The position numbers and the translations under genes were made by a program. The notes beneath the pieces were generated by a model. That model made no database searches. It had not been told where the DNA came from and saw only the letters and a list, made by a program, of their open reading frames with translations. A DNA stretch of 64,000 nucleotides. It comes from a virus. The stretch is from the IMG/VR virus record IMGVR_UViG_3300013132_000031, positions 1-64,000 of that record, one strand, 5' to 3'. Shown here in pieces: positions 17,627 to 26,303 of the stretch (its first letter is position 1; each line of letters opens with the position of its first letter).

Positions 17627-18390
17627 TTTTTACGTTCTATGTCATCTTCAACACAGCGGTCACCGTATTGTATTTCAATCAACTTCAAGGGTTGATCAGT
17701 TTCGTTGCACAGTTGATGCCACTCATTGACTTTGATAAATGTATGCTCATGCATGGTCAGTTGGCATTTGACTTCTTGATCAGTTGATGCTTCATCTAGT
17801 GTGTACACTGTGGCTTCGCCTTCAGCCACAAACCAAAACTCTGCACGACTGTCGTGTCGTTGCATGCTTAGGCATGTCTTGGGCATCACAGTGAGTTCTT
17901 TGAGTTTGGTGTTGGCGCCTACTTCGTGCAGCACACGATAGTATCCCCAGGCACGATCAGTTCGGGGTGTTTTCCACTCTGTCAGTATCCATGAACTTGA
18001 ATTCATTTTGTTCTCGCCACCAACACCAAATTGAAAGTCCACATCATCAATCACCATTTCTGGAATGTTGTCAGCAGTGCGATCACCACCATTGGCAAAG
18101 ATAAACTTGGTTCTAGGCACAGTGTAGTATGTGCGAGCAACACGTATGGCATCAATAGCAGTGTTGTCTGAGTCGTCAAACTCAATCACACGATCTACCA
18201 TGCGTAGGTTGTCAATAATGGCTCGGCGTTCGCTCATGGGCATGAATGGTCGCCCTTTTTTTCGTGTGAGCCAGGCGTCAGAGTTGATGCCTACCACAAG
18301 CCTATCTCCCAAGGCTCGAGCTGCTTCAAAGTAGGCTATATGCCCAGAATGTAGCGGATCAAAGCCGCCGGTGACAATTACTATTTTCAT
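17623..18390 (-). CDS. Cytidylyltransferase-family nucleotidyltransferase fused to a type II mannose-6-phosphate-isomerase-like cupin
   Basis: TGGFDPLHSGH, FANGGDR and NSSS, followed by RAWGYYRVL, LSMQRH..RAEFW and IEIQYG...EDDIER. Confidence 0.85.
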   Translation of the reverse strand: MKIVIVTGGFDPLHSGHIAYFEAARALGDRLVVGINSDAWLTRKKGRPFMPMSERRAIIDNLRMVDRVIEFDDSDNTAIDAIRVARTYYTVPRTKFIFANGGDRTADNIPEMVIDDVDFQFGVGGENKMNSSSWILTEWKTPRTDRAWGYYRVLHEVGANTKLKELTVMPKTCLSMQRHDSRAEFWFVAEGEATVYTLDEASTDQEVKCQLTMHEHTFIKVNEWHQLCNETDQPLKLIEIQYGDRCVEDDIERKK

Positions 18391-18398
18391 GTGGGTAT

Positions 18399-18512
18399 TT
18401 AACTCTCATGATGCACACACCACCAAAAAGCCACCCAGGCTTCAAAAAAGAACAGCAGCAGAAAGATTTCCATTTCTGCTAAATCTCGCTGCCAGCGTTC
18501 TTCATCCGTCAT
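18399..18512 (-). CDS. Small hydrophobic peptide, 37 aa
   Basis: MTDEERWQRDLAEMEIFLLLFFFEAWVAFWWCVHHES*. Starts 1 nt after the upstream stop. Confidence 0.45.
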   Translation of the reverse strand: MTDEERWQRDLAEMEIFLLLFFFEAWVAFWWCVHHES

Positions 18513-18513
18513 T

Positions 18514-19167
18514 TTAAGTTAGTTTTATTTCCACTGTGGCTCTTTTTTTGCCGCCAGCATGTGACACTACATCAACAACTTCAAACCCATCCACACCTAT
18601 GAAATTAGTTTTGGTGCCTTTGCATCGTATGTCCAATATAATGCGGGTGTTTTCGTGCGAATGCTTTTTCATTAGATCAATATAGGTCTTTACAGGATAG
18701 TGATGTCCACAGCTGAGCCAAGATGTGATCAAATCAAATTTACAATTTTCATCAATATTGATGTTGTTGGCATCAACCAGGTGATAATTTTTTGTGCCAA
18801 GTTCTTGCAGTTTGGCATCTAAAAAGTCAAAAGTGTGATAAAAATACAGATCATCTGCGGTGGTATTCCACTTGCCGTAGGAGGCTGTGTTGGACTTGTC
18901 AACGTTGTGTTTTTGATTACCGTCCAACAGCCATAACTCTGTGCCGTACTTTTCCCCAAACCAGCGTGATTCGTGAGCAAATCCGCAACCAATGTCCAAC
19001 AACTTGCCAATGGGTTGAGACAAATAAGAATCAACCAACTCGAAGTTGGCTCGTTTTTTGGCAGTGTATCTTTCTGTGGTCCATTTTCCTGACCATTGTG
19101 CAGAGTCGTGTGCGCCTTTGTCTGGATTGTCTACGTAATTGTTCAAAGGATCTTTTGTTTGAGTCAT
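18514..19167 (-). CDS. Class I SAM methyltransferase
   Basis: LLDIGCG and FDLITSWLSCGHHYP. TAAATA 7 nt upstream. Confidence 0.75.
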   Translation of the reverse strand: MTQTKDPLNNYVDNPDKGAHDSAQWSGKWTTERYTAKKRANFELVDSYLSQPIGKLLDIGCGFAHESRWFGEKYGTELWLLDGNQKHNVDKSNTASYGKWNTTADDLYFYHTFDFLDAKLQELGTKNYHLVDANNINIDENCKFDLITSWLSCGHHYPVKTYIDLMKKHSHENTRIILDIRCKGTKTNFIGVDGFEVVDVVSHAGGKKRATVEIKLT

Positions 19168-19185
19168 AATAATATATTTAGTTTA

Positions 19186-19638
19186 TCAAACCGTTATATC
19201 TTCCATGCCTGCTGTGCGCAGTCGAACCACGTGACCCATTTGCCACTGCTTGGTATCCAGGCCCTTCATGATACCCAGCCAACGATTGCGTAACAGTGCC
19301 ACTTCGTTGATGATGGTTTCAAAGTCCACAACTTCTTCTTCACCGTCCACATACTTTTCAGCATCACGTGCTGTCAAGGCACGAGCATAACCTTCCAGAT
19401 ACTTCTTGAAATGTCGGGTACGTATCTTTCTCAGTTGAATGTTGAGGTAGTTCAACACAGCTTCAATCTCTTGTAGCTGGTTGAACCTGTGCTCAGTTAT
19501 GCCTGGTAAGGCTGTGATGTTTTTTTCTACCAGGCCGCCAATTCGGCAGTCACGTTTGGCATCCGTGATTTCTGACTCAAAATGTGCAATGAAGTCAGGT
19601 ATGTTGCCAAGGTCTGCTACAACTTTGCTATACCACAT
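19186..19638 (-). CDS. uvsY: UvsY-like recombination mediator
   Basis: 150-aa helical protein near uvsX and gp32; KYLEGY.R.L..RDAEKYVDGE pattern. Confidence 0.7.
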   Translation of the reverse strand: MWYSKVVADLGNIPDFIAHFESEITDAKRDCRIGGLVEKNITALPGITEHRFNQLQEIEAVLNYLNIQLRKIRTRHFKKYLEGYARALTARDAEKYVDGEEEVVDFETIINEVALLRNRWLGIMKGLDTKQWQMGHVVRLRTAGMEDITV

Positions 19639-20869
19639 ATTTTTTATATTCCGTTAGCCAGGGAAACAACGTCGGCCAATGTGTGCCACGCCTGCGATCT
19701 TTTTCGTCAAGAAAATCCAATAACTTAACTACTTCTTTAACATCTATGGTTGATTTTGTAACTTTAGAAGCTATACTGGCCATGTAATTGTAAGTAGTTT
19801 TATCCTCATCAGACACTTGAGGCATTAAATTTAGGATTTGATCAAAATCATCTTTGAATTGATCGCCGCCCAGTACACCTGGTTCAAAATAACTTGGTCC
19901 CGGTGATGCTATGCTAAAATGTTGATGAACTGGACGTGTGCCGTTCCATTCTTTTATTTTTGCTAGCAACTCAGGCATGGTTTTAATAGTTAGTCCAGTA
20001 ATAGTCTGATTGATACTGAGATACAACCATTTGTTGTTAAGTAGTATTTCAAAGTTTTTTTGCCATTGATGTAGTTGAAGTCCCCAACGCACATATTCTT
20101 GTTGAGGTCCCCAACAATCTATACTGCATGTTACGTCAATTTTTTTTATTTTTTTTGTTAGTATCAATTTTTTAAATCGATCAATAAACATACATAACCT
20201 ATCAGTTCCAACCATGAGATTGGTCACAATATACAATTCACAATCAGGATTGGGATATTGTTCTATCATGTCTAACAATTTTTCAAATTCTTTTTGATAC
20301 AACGGTTCGCCACCTAACGCACCAAACCTTTTGAGTTTTGGAAATCCAGTAACAAACCACTGCCAAAAATAAGGAGTTAGATCTTTGTGATGAGTTTCTA
20401 CTTTTGTAAGCTGTAAATCGCCTTTGATAAACGTACCAAATTTTTGATTTTCGTTGTTGATAACAGAACTCAAATATGGCGAACAATACAAGCAACCTAA
20501 ATTACAAGTGTTGTCAAAAAACACTTCTACTATGGTTGGAGAAACTACCAATGCAGTAGCATCACTGTCCAGTTCGGGTGGCACCTGATTAGGAATGTCA
20601 AGGTGCCTTAGTCTGTCGCTAAACCCACCAGCTTTTTCAAGATTTTTGCAGTAAGAACAACTTTTTTCAGGCCATAATCCTTGTAGCATTCTTCTACGAT
20701 CATCTAACACAACTTCAGTATTATGAAAGTTGTTAAAATTTTCAGGTGTCAATGCAGTTTCGGCAGTGCGATGACAGGTCATTGACACTCCACCATCTAA
20801 ATATAATGTTGTCCAATTCCATTTTAGTTGACATGCAGTAGCAGTCCTAATAGGAAAAAACTTTTGCAT
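19628..20869 (-). CDS. Radical SAM protein with N-terminal Cys-rich (twitch-like) region (AT-rich)
   Basis: CNLGCLYC, GGEP, SID and EYVRWG. Confidence 0.85.
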   Translation of the reverse strand: MQKFFPIRTATACQLKWNWTTLYLDGGVSMTCHRTAETALTPENFNNFHNTEVVLDDRRRMLQGLWPEKSCSYCKNLEKAGGFSDRLRHLDIPNQVPPELDSDATALVVSPTIVEVFFDNTCNLGCLYCSPYLSSVINNENQKFGTFIKGDLQLTKVETHHKDLTPYFWQWFVTGFPKLKRFGALGGEPLYQKEFEKLLDMIEQYPNPDCELYIVTNLMVGTDRLCMFIDRFKKLILTKKIKKIDVTCSIDCWGPQQEYVRWGLQLHQWQKNFEILLNNKWLYLSINQTITGLTIKTMPELLAKIKEWNGTRPVHQHFSIASPGPSYFEPGVLGGDQFKDDFDQILNLMPQVSDEDKTTYNYMASIASKVTKSTIDVKEVVKLLDFLDEKDRRRGTHWPTLFPWLTEYKKYVV

Positions 20870-21135
20870 TAGTAATCATCTTCTTTGTTGTAGTTGTCCT
20901 CATCATCAAACTCTTCTTCTTCCTCTTCTTCTGCATAGTCTTTGTCATTGTCAAGATATGCGGCCAAGGCTTTTTTGATGTCTGAATCACCTTTGAAGGC
21001 TTCCCGGATTTCTTCAACGTCATGGTCATGATCAATCAGGATGGCCACAATGCTTTCGGCAGCGTCTATACGATCTACCACATTGACATATCTTTTTAGT
21101 TCGCCCCAAATTTCGCTTGCTACTTCTGCTGACAT
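20869..21135 (-). CDS. Small acidic hypothetical protein
   Basis: 88 aa with an E/D-rich tail. Confidence 0.7.
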   Translation of the reverse strand: MSAEVASEIWGELKRYVNVVDRIDAAESIVAILIDHDHDVEEIREAFKGDSDIKKALAAYLDNDKDYAEEEEEEEFDDEDNYNKEDDY

Positions 21136-21136
21136 T

Positions 21137-22192
21137 TTATTCCTCCACAGCGTCGGCTGTACTTACCTCGGCCTTTTGATTGCCAAAATCTGCCATCACA
21201 CGGTCCAAGCACCCGTCTTCATTTGACTCCCAGGCCTTGCGAAACTGCTTGATGATTTCGCCATCGCTGGTGGTAAAAGTCAATCTGTTGCCGTCTTTTT
21301 TCAGCATGCCTTTTTTCTCAGCCAGGTCCACCAGGCCTGAGTAGGGATTCATGCCTGTTTCATAGGGAATTTTGACCTGCACACCTTCAAAGGGTTTGGC
21401 ATAGCGTGTTTTCATGACCTTGCAGGCACTGCGTATGCCCATGACTTCCGACACTTTGTTGCCGTCCTCGTCCTCTTTGAGTTTGAGTTTTTTCATGGCC
21501 ACCACAATCGAACTGGCATAGATAAAGCCTTGCCCACCACTGATCTTGTCATCGGGGTCAAACATGTCCTGGCTGGCATAAGTGTGATTGGTACAAACCA
21601 AGCCCACATTGTAGGAGCCAAACATGTTCACACAGTTACGAACCAAGGCTGTCAGTGCTTTGGGTTTGCGACCCAGATCGCCCTTCATCTCGCCAGCATC
21701 AAACTGGTTCACATCAGTGGGAGTCAACAACATGCCCAGTGAGTCAATCACAAACATGACCTTGGGACGTTCGCCATCGGGCAAGGCCTTGTAGTCGCTC
21801 ATGAATGTACTAATGGTCTTGGCCACGTCGTCAATCATGGCCATGCTCAATTTCAGCAATTTGCTTTCTGATGTATCTACACCCAAGGCCCGGAGCCAAT
21901 CTTCATCCAAGGCATTTTCCGAATCAATCAGCACCACAAAAATGCCTTGCTCTTGTGCGTTCTTGATGATGTTGCCTGAACAGATGTAACTTTTACCTGC
22001 TCCAGACTCACCAGCAAACACAGTGACCTTGCCCAAGGGAATGCCACGATTGAAATCGCCAGAGATCAAATAGTTCAAGGCATAGTTACCTGTAGAGATC
22101 CAGTCTGTGGGATCATTGAAGCCAATTGACAATCCGTCAATGCTTTTTGTTATTTCTTTACGGAATTTGGAAACGTCGAAAGGTTTTCCCAT
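21137..22192 (-). CDS. uvsX: UvsX/RecA-like recombinase
   Basis: ISTGNYALN, GESGAGKS, IDSENA, VIDSLG, NHTY and SGG. Confidence 0.95.
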   Translation of the reverse strand: MGKPFDVSKFRKEITKSIDGLSIGFNDPTDWISTGNYALNYLISGDFNRGIPLGKVTVFAGESGAGKSYICSGNIIKNAQEQGIFVVLIDSENALDEDWLRALGVDTSESKLLKLSMAMIDDVAKTISTFMSDYKALPDGERPKVMFVIDSLGMLLTPTDVNQFDAGEMKGDLGRKPKALTALVRNCVNMFGSYNVGLVCTNHTYASQDMFDPDDKISGGQGFIYASSIVVAMKKLKLKEDEDGNKVSEVMGIRSACKVMKTRYAKPFEGVQVKIPYETGMNPYSGLVDLAEKKGMLKKDGNRLTFTTSDGEIIKQFRKAWESNEDGCLDRVMADFGNQKAEVSTADAVEE

Positions 22193-22217
22193 GTATCACC
22201 TATGATAATAATTTGAG

Positions 22218-22242
22218 ACACAGAGGGAGCACCCCTCTGTGT
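22218..22242. other. Intergenic hairpin between gp32 and uvsX
   Basis: ACACAGAGGG-AGCAC-CCCTCTGTGT with no clear U tail. Confidence 0.55.
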
Positions 22243-22254
22243 GATTGCTGTCAA

Positions 22255-23250
22255 TTACTTGGCTTGACGGCTACGGATCATGGCCAGGATGTCCTGGGCA
22301 TTTTGACCTGAAGCGGCAGGCCGGGCCACAGGGGCTGATGCTGCAGGAGTGTCGTCCTCGTCAAAGTCGCTGACCGGTGCAGGTGCTGCCACTTTGAGTG
22401 CAGGCCGGGCTGCTGGTGCAGGAGTGTCCTCATCCGCATGTGCGGCTCCGGCACCACCAGGTGCTTGCACACCAGCAGGACGGAAGTATTGACCCCAACG
22501 TTCTGTGTCGTATGGTTGTCCATCCACTGATGCCTCAAACATCTCTTTGATCACCTTCAACTCAACGTCGCCTGGTTTCTTGGGCAGGAATGTGCTCAAG
22601 TCAAATGCACCATGTGTGGCAATTGCAGCCTGTTCTGCTTCTGTGAGTGCTGACTCTTTACGTGCCCACTTTGAAGTTGAGTAGTCAGCGTAGCCACCTT
22701 TGGCAGTTTTGGTGACGCGGAAGTCCAGGCCACGCAGGGTGTCTGTGGGCATTTCTTCCAGTTCAGGATCCATCAATGCGCCCTTGATAGTGGCAAAGAT
22801 TTGTGGTCCAATGATGAAACGTCTGATGGGGTTTTCTGGAGCCTTGTCGTCGGCCAAGGGATTCTCACGCACAAAGCCTTGGAAAATGTAACTGCGTTTC
22901 TTCCAGTATTTGCGACCCATTTCTTCAAGGCTCTTGTCCTTGAACCAGGTGCGTACTTCGGCCAAAATCGGACATGCTTCGTTCCACATTTCCACACAGG
23001 GTACTTGTACGTAGACCTGTTTGGATTCCATTTCACCTCGGATGCCAGCGAAAGGCAGCCGAATCATCTGTCGTTCTTGCCAGAAAAATGTGTTTTTGGT
23101 GTTTGCGTCGGGAAGGAATCGCAGTGTTGCACTTTGCCCTTCTTCCATGTTCCAGTGTGGGTAGATCGAATTGTCTCCACCTGTTTGTCCGCCGCCTTTG
23201 TTGCTTTCTGCTGCCTGTAGTCTTGCTCTAATCTCCGCCAATGATGCCAT
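22255..23250 (-). CDS. Single-stranded DNA-binding protein (T4 gp32-like)
   Basis: ATLRFLPD, CPI, ADYSTSKW, an acidic Ala/Pro tail ending DILAMIRSR, and position next to uvsX. Confidence 0.85.
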   Translation of the reverse strand: MASLAEIRARLQAAESNKGGGQTGGDNSIYPHWNMEEGQSATLRFLPDANTKNTFFWQERQMIRLPFAGIRGEMESKQVYVQVPCVEMWNEACPILAEVRTWFKDKSLEEMGRKYWKKRSYIFQGFVRENPLADDKAPENPIRRFIIGPQIFATIKGALMDPELEEMPTDTLRGLDFRVTKTAKGGYADYSTSKWARKESALTEAEQAAIATHGAFDLSTFLPKKPGDVELKVIKEMFEASVDGQPYDTERWGQYFRPAGVQAPGGAGAAHADEDTPAPAARPALKVAAPAPVSDFDEDDTPAASAPVARPAASGQNAQDILAMIRSRQAK

Positions 23251-23266
23251 AGTTTTTCTCCTTTAA

Positions 23267-23384
23267 GTTGCCTATGTATGTTGCCTATCTAATGTTTAGA
23301 TCTTTTGTTGCCTGTGCCACAAAAGAAAAAGCGCAAACACTAGAGTAGTATATGCGCTTTTGTCTACTGTGTCAAGAGTATTTA
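23267..23384 (-). promoter_or_regulatory. gp32 control region: late TAAATA, sigma70 promoter, inverted repeat and 3x AGGCAAC
   Basis: TAAATA at 23379-84; TTGACA(23370-75)-17-TATACT(23347-52); AAAAGCGCA/TGCGCTTTT inverted repeat; AGGCAAC at 23267, 23280 and 23307. Confidence 0.75.
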
Positions 23385-23386
23385 TG

Positions 23387-26293
23387 TCATTTGATCAAAG
23401 CCAGTGATTTTATTCTTGCCAAAAGTGCATCGCCGTCTTTGGATTCATAGTATGCGCCAGTCATTGCACTGTTTGAGTTTATGGGGTCGTCGTTGCCTTC
23501 CGCCACATCTTGCTCTGGTAATACACCTTTGGGACCTGCCATGGGTTTTGTTTGAATTCGCTTCTTAATCTGACTTTGTTTTGTTTTAGTCCAAGAATCA
23601 TCTGGTGTGCCAAAAATATCATCTAACTCGGTTTCTGCACGGCGAAGTCTTTCCATGTCTTTGTTGGACCATTGACGATCTTTTGCACTACCTTCCGCCA
23701 TGCCTTGCTGTTTGGCCGTCTTAAACGTGCCAACACCAGTATTCATATTGTATTGACCTATCAGTTTATCGCCTATCATGGCAACACTTTTTACATGTCT
23801 GCCATCTTCGGTGCGTTTCTTGATGATCCTGACCTGAGCCGGGTGATAGGCATCTTTGACATTATCTACCCATTCACTGTGTTCGACACCTTGAGTGACT
23901 TCGTTCAAGGAACCTTCCGCCACACCTTCGTCTATTTCGGGTTCATAATACCAGCCCATTCCAGGATCATTGTCGCCGTTCTTTGCAGGGTTATCAAATT
24001 TGAAATAACCAATCTGAATCAGACCGTTAGGAGCATCTTGATCAAACCAATATCCTTTGAATACACCTGTCTTTTCATCAAAGTCTTCTCGGTCAAACCA
24101 ATTGGCTTCAAACTGCGAAAAGTAATCTATGCTACGACGATAATGTTCTGGCTTGGGATATTTGTAAAAAGAATCATCATCTGGGCCGTCATTGCCGCCC
24201 CAAGGATCGCGACCTCGTCCACCTGGCCCGCGAGGTGTGTTGCCGCCGCCGCCAGCAGGAGCAAATTCATTCAATTTGCCTTCGCCCATGCTGTAGGGCA
24301 TGCCCACTGCACCACCATCTTCATACATGCTGCCACATTCTGCCAATCCGTGTTCTGGGCAGTATTGACCTTCCATGGTCATGTTGCAAGAGCCTTCGCT
24401 CACAGGCATGATCTGTGGTGCAATTAGGTTTTCATCTAGGCCAATGTCTTGAGCAAAACGGTCTGCTACCCATTCATAGGGATCACCGGTTCGGGCTTTC
24501 TTTGTGCCATAGGGCATGTCATCAAAGTAGTAGTCATATAGTGCATCGTACAAATCGTTGTCCATGTCGCCAGATTGCATGAATTTTCTCACTTCGGGAC
24601 CAAAGCGGTCCTGGATGTGGTCCAAGGTGTTGCCTGTGGAATCTGTGAGCACACCTTCGCTTACTGGCACGCCGGCGTGACGCAGCATGCGAGTCAAATC
24701 TGCTTCTACGAATGTGGCTGTGTTGTCGCCTTCCGCCACACCTTGCTGATTTATTCTTTTGAATACTAAACTGGCTACACGATTATAAATTGTTTCTGGA
24801 ATATTATTCTTGACAAAATAACGATCTAACGCACGATATACGGTACTGTCATAAGCCATACCACGTAATCTTTCTAGATTTTTTCCAGTTGTTAACTTGT
24901 CAGCAATCTCCATGGCCTGTGATGAGTCATCAGTGTTCGCCACAGTTCCTGGTGAAGTAGTATCTCGTGATTTGCTAGGGAACTTCAAATTAACGCCTTC
25001 CGCCACACCTTGCTCTTTTATTTCAGGTGCAGTGTCTTGGTCAACATCAGCAGGTTCTGATCGAGTGCTTTCGGGAGTTTGAATGCCCAGTTCGGCCAGT
25101 CTGCGTTGCACATCTGAATCCGCCCAGATGTTGGCTCTTGGATCATTGTCAGCCAAGTCGTTTAGGATGTCAAACAGCTCGTCATCGCCAACCAAATCAT
25201 ACAACTGTTCAGTGGCATTCATGGCGTCGGCGCCTACAATGAGTTCGCCGGTCATGAGCTGTTGTAGTTTTTCATAAGCTTCGGGAGTGTCGGGCAAGGC
25301 CCAAGTGCCTTCGCTCAAACGGTTCATGTAATTTTCAAATATTTCGGCTTCTTTCATTTTGGTTCCTTGCTGTTGTATCTTGGCTAAAGTTGGCAATGCT
25401 GCTTCAATTCTAGTGTCCAATGTTTGTTGCACAAACATGTTTTTTAAATCTTCAACCAGACTCTCTTGTTGATCAATTTGATCTGGTGCCCACGACTCAA
25501 AGTAGGTGTGATATCCACGTGACGAAGACAGTCGTTTTAGATTTTCTTGAAGGCTGCGATAGTAATGTGCAGCCGATTCTACCAGTTCTTGTGTGATGCC
25601 TTCATACACATGATGTTGCTTGGCACGATTGAATCTTGACAGCACTGACAGCTCTTGAACCATTTCGTTGATATGGTTGCCGCGCACATCATAGGGGCGG
25701 CCACCTTGTCGCACATGTTCCAACATGGCACGACCGTGTATGAGACGATTGCTCTGCAGTTTGAATCGTTCTCCGTCAGCAGTTTCAATAAAAATGCTTT
25801 CAATGTAGCGATAGCGTTTGTCATCTTCGCCAATTATTTTGTTGTGTTTGATCAGTATTCTGGCCTCTGTGGGCTCGCCTATAAAGCTCTCACGGCGGCT
25901 GCCATAGTAGCCTTCAAACAGGCCTTCTTTTACAGCAGCCTGCCCAGCCAATGAGTGTTTGAGTCTGCTGAGATTTTGAGGGCTAAAGGTGTATCTGTGT
26001 GTTTGAGCCAACTTGCGCATTTGATTCAAAAACGCAAACCATTCGTCTTTGTCTTGGTCTTGCATGCTGCGACCAAGATTGTCTCCAAAAAACAACAGCA
26101 GCTCGTTGTCATCGCCTATCACTGCCACAGCAGATCCATAGTTGTTGCCGCTGGTGCTGCGATAGTCAAAACTTATGATATTGGCATCAGCAGGACCACT
26201 GCTTTGGCCACCTTCGTCCCGATATTCAGGATCAAAGTTGTTTGTGACCAGCAGGTCCGCCAGTTCTTGGGAGATTGAATTTTCTTGGGCCAT
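23387..26293 (-). CDS. Large acidic modular probable virion/head-internal protein
   Basis: Likely start MAQENS at 26293 behind TAAATA (26301-06). Five (Q/E)(G/D)(V/M)AEG repeats; C-terminal LARIKSLA. Follows the terminase. Confidence 0.65.
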   Translation of the reverse strand: MAQENSISQELADLLVTNNFDPEYRDEGGQSSGPADANIISFDYRSTSGNNYGSAVAVIGDDNELLLFFGDNLGRSMQDQDKDEWFAFLNQMRKLAQTHRYTFSPQNLSRLKHSLAGQAAVKEGLFEGYYGSRRESFIGEPTEARILIKHNKIIGEDDKRYRYIESIFIETADGERFKLQSNRLIHGRAMLEHVRQGGRPYDVRGNHINEMVQELSVLSRFNRAKQHHVYEGITQELVESAAHYYRSLQENLKRLSSSRGYHTYFESWAPDQIDQQESLVEDLKNMFVQQTLDTRIEAALPTLAKIQQQGTKMKEAEIFENYMNRLSEGTWALPDTPEAYEKLQQLMTGELIVGADAMNATEQLYDLVGDDELFDILNDLADNDPRANIWADSDVQRRLAELGIQTPESTRSEPADVDQDTAPEIKEQGVAEGVNLKFPSKSRDTTSPGTVANTDDSSQAMEIADKLTTGKNLERLRGMAYDSTVYRALDRYFVKNNIPETIYNRVASLVFKRINQQGVAEGDNTATFVEADLTRMLRHAGVPVSEGVLTDSTGNTLDHIQDRFGPEVRKFMQSGDMDNDLYDALYDYYFDDMPYGTKKARTGDPYEWVADRFAQDIGLDENLIAPQIMPVSEGSCNMTMEGQYCPEHGLAECGSMYEDGGAVGMPYSMGEGKLNEFAPAGGGGNTPRGPGGRGRDPWGGNDGPDDDSFYKYPKPEHYRRSIDYFSQFEANWFDREDFDEKTGVFKGYWFDQDAPNGLIQIGYFKFDNPAKNGDNDPGMGWYYEPEIDEGVAEGSLNEVTQGVEHSEWVDNVKDAYHPAQVRIIKKRTEDGRHVKSVAMIGDKLIGQYNMNTGVGTFKTAKQQGMAEGSAKDRQWSNKDMERLRRAETELDDIFGTPDDSWTKTKQSQIKKRIQTKPMAGPKGVLPEQDVAEGNDDPINSNSAMTGAYYESKDGDALLARIKSLALIK
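23496..25015 (-). repeat. Five dispersed 20-bp direct repeats, consensus SASSAAGGTGTGGCGGAAGG
   Basis: Copies at 23496-23515, 23691-23710, 23913-23932, 24729-24748 and 24996-25015. TGGCGGAAGG is invariant and all copies are in the same frame. Confidence 0.85.
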
Positions 26294-26303
26294 AGTGCAA
26301 TAT

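Noticed and set aside
20140-20157. Homopolymer tracts as phase-variation switches
   Set aside because: Runs of about 8 are expected in an AT-rich gene (Lys codons) and the frame is intact.
23672-24427. 251-aa plus-strand ORF opposite the cassette gene
   Set aside because: It has no SD or promoter and an atypical composition; treated as an antisense shadow.
23496-25015. CRISPR array interpretation of the 20-bp repeats
   Set aside because: The spacers are 195-816 bp, irregular and in-frame coding, and no cas genes are present.
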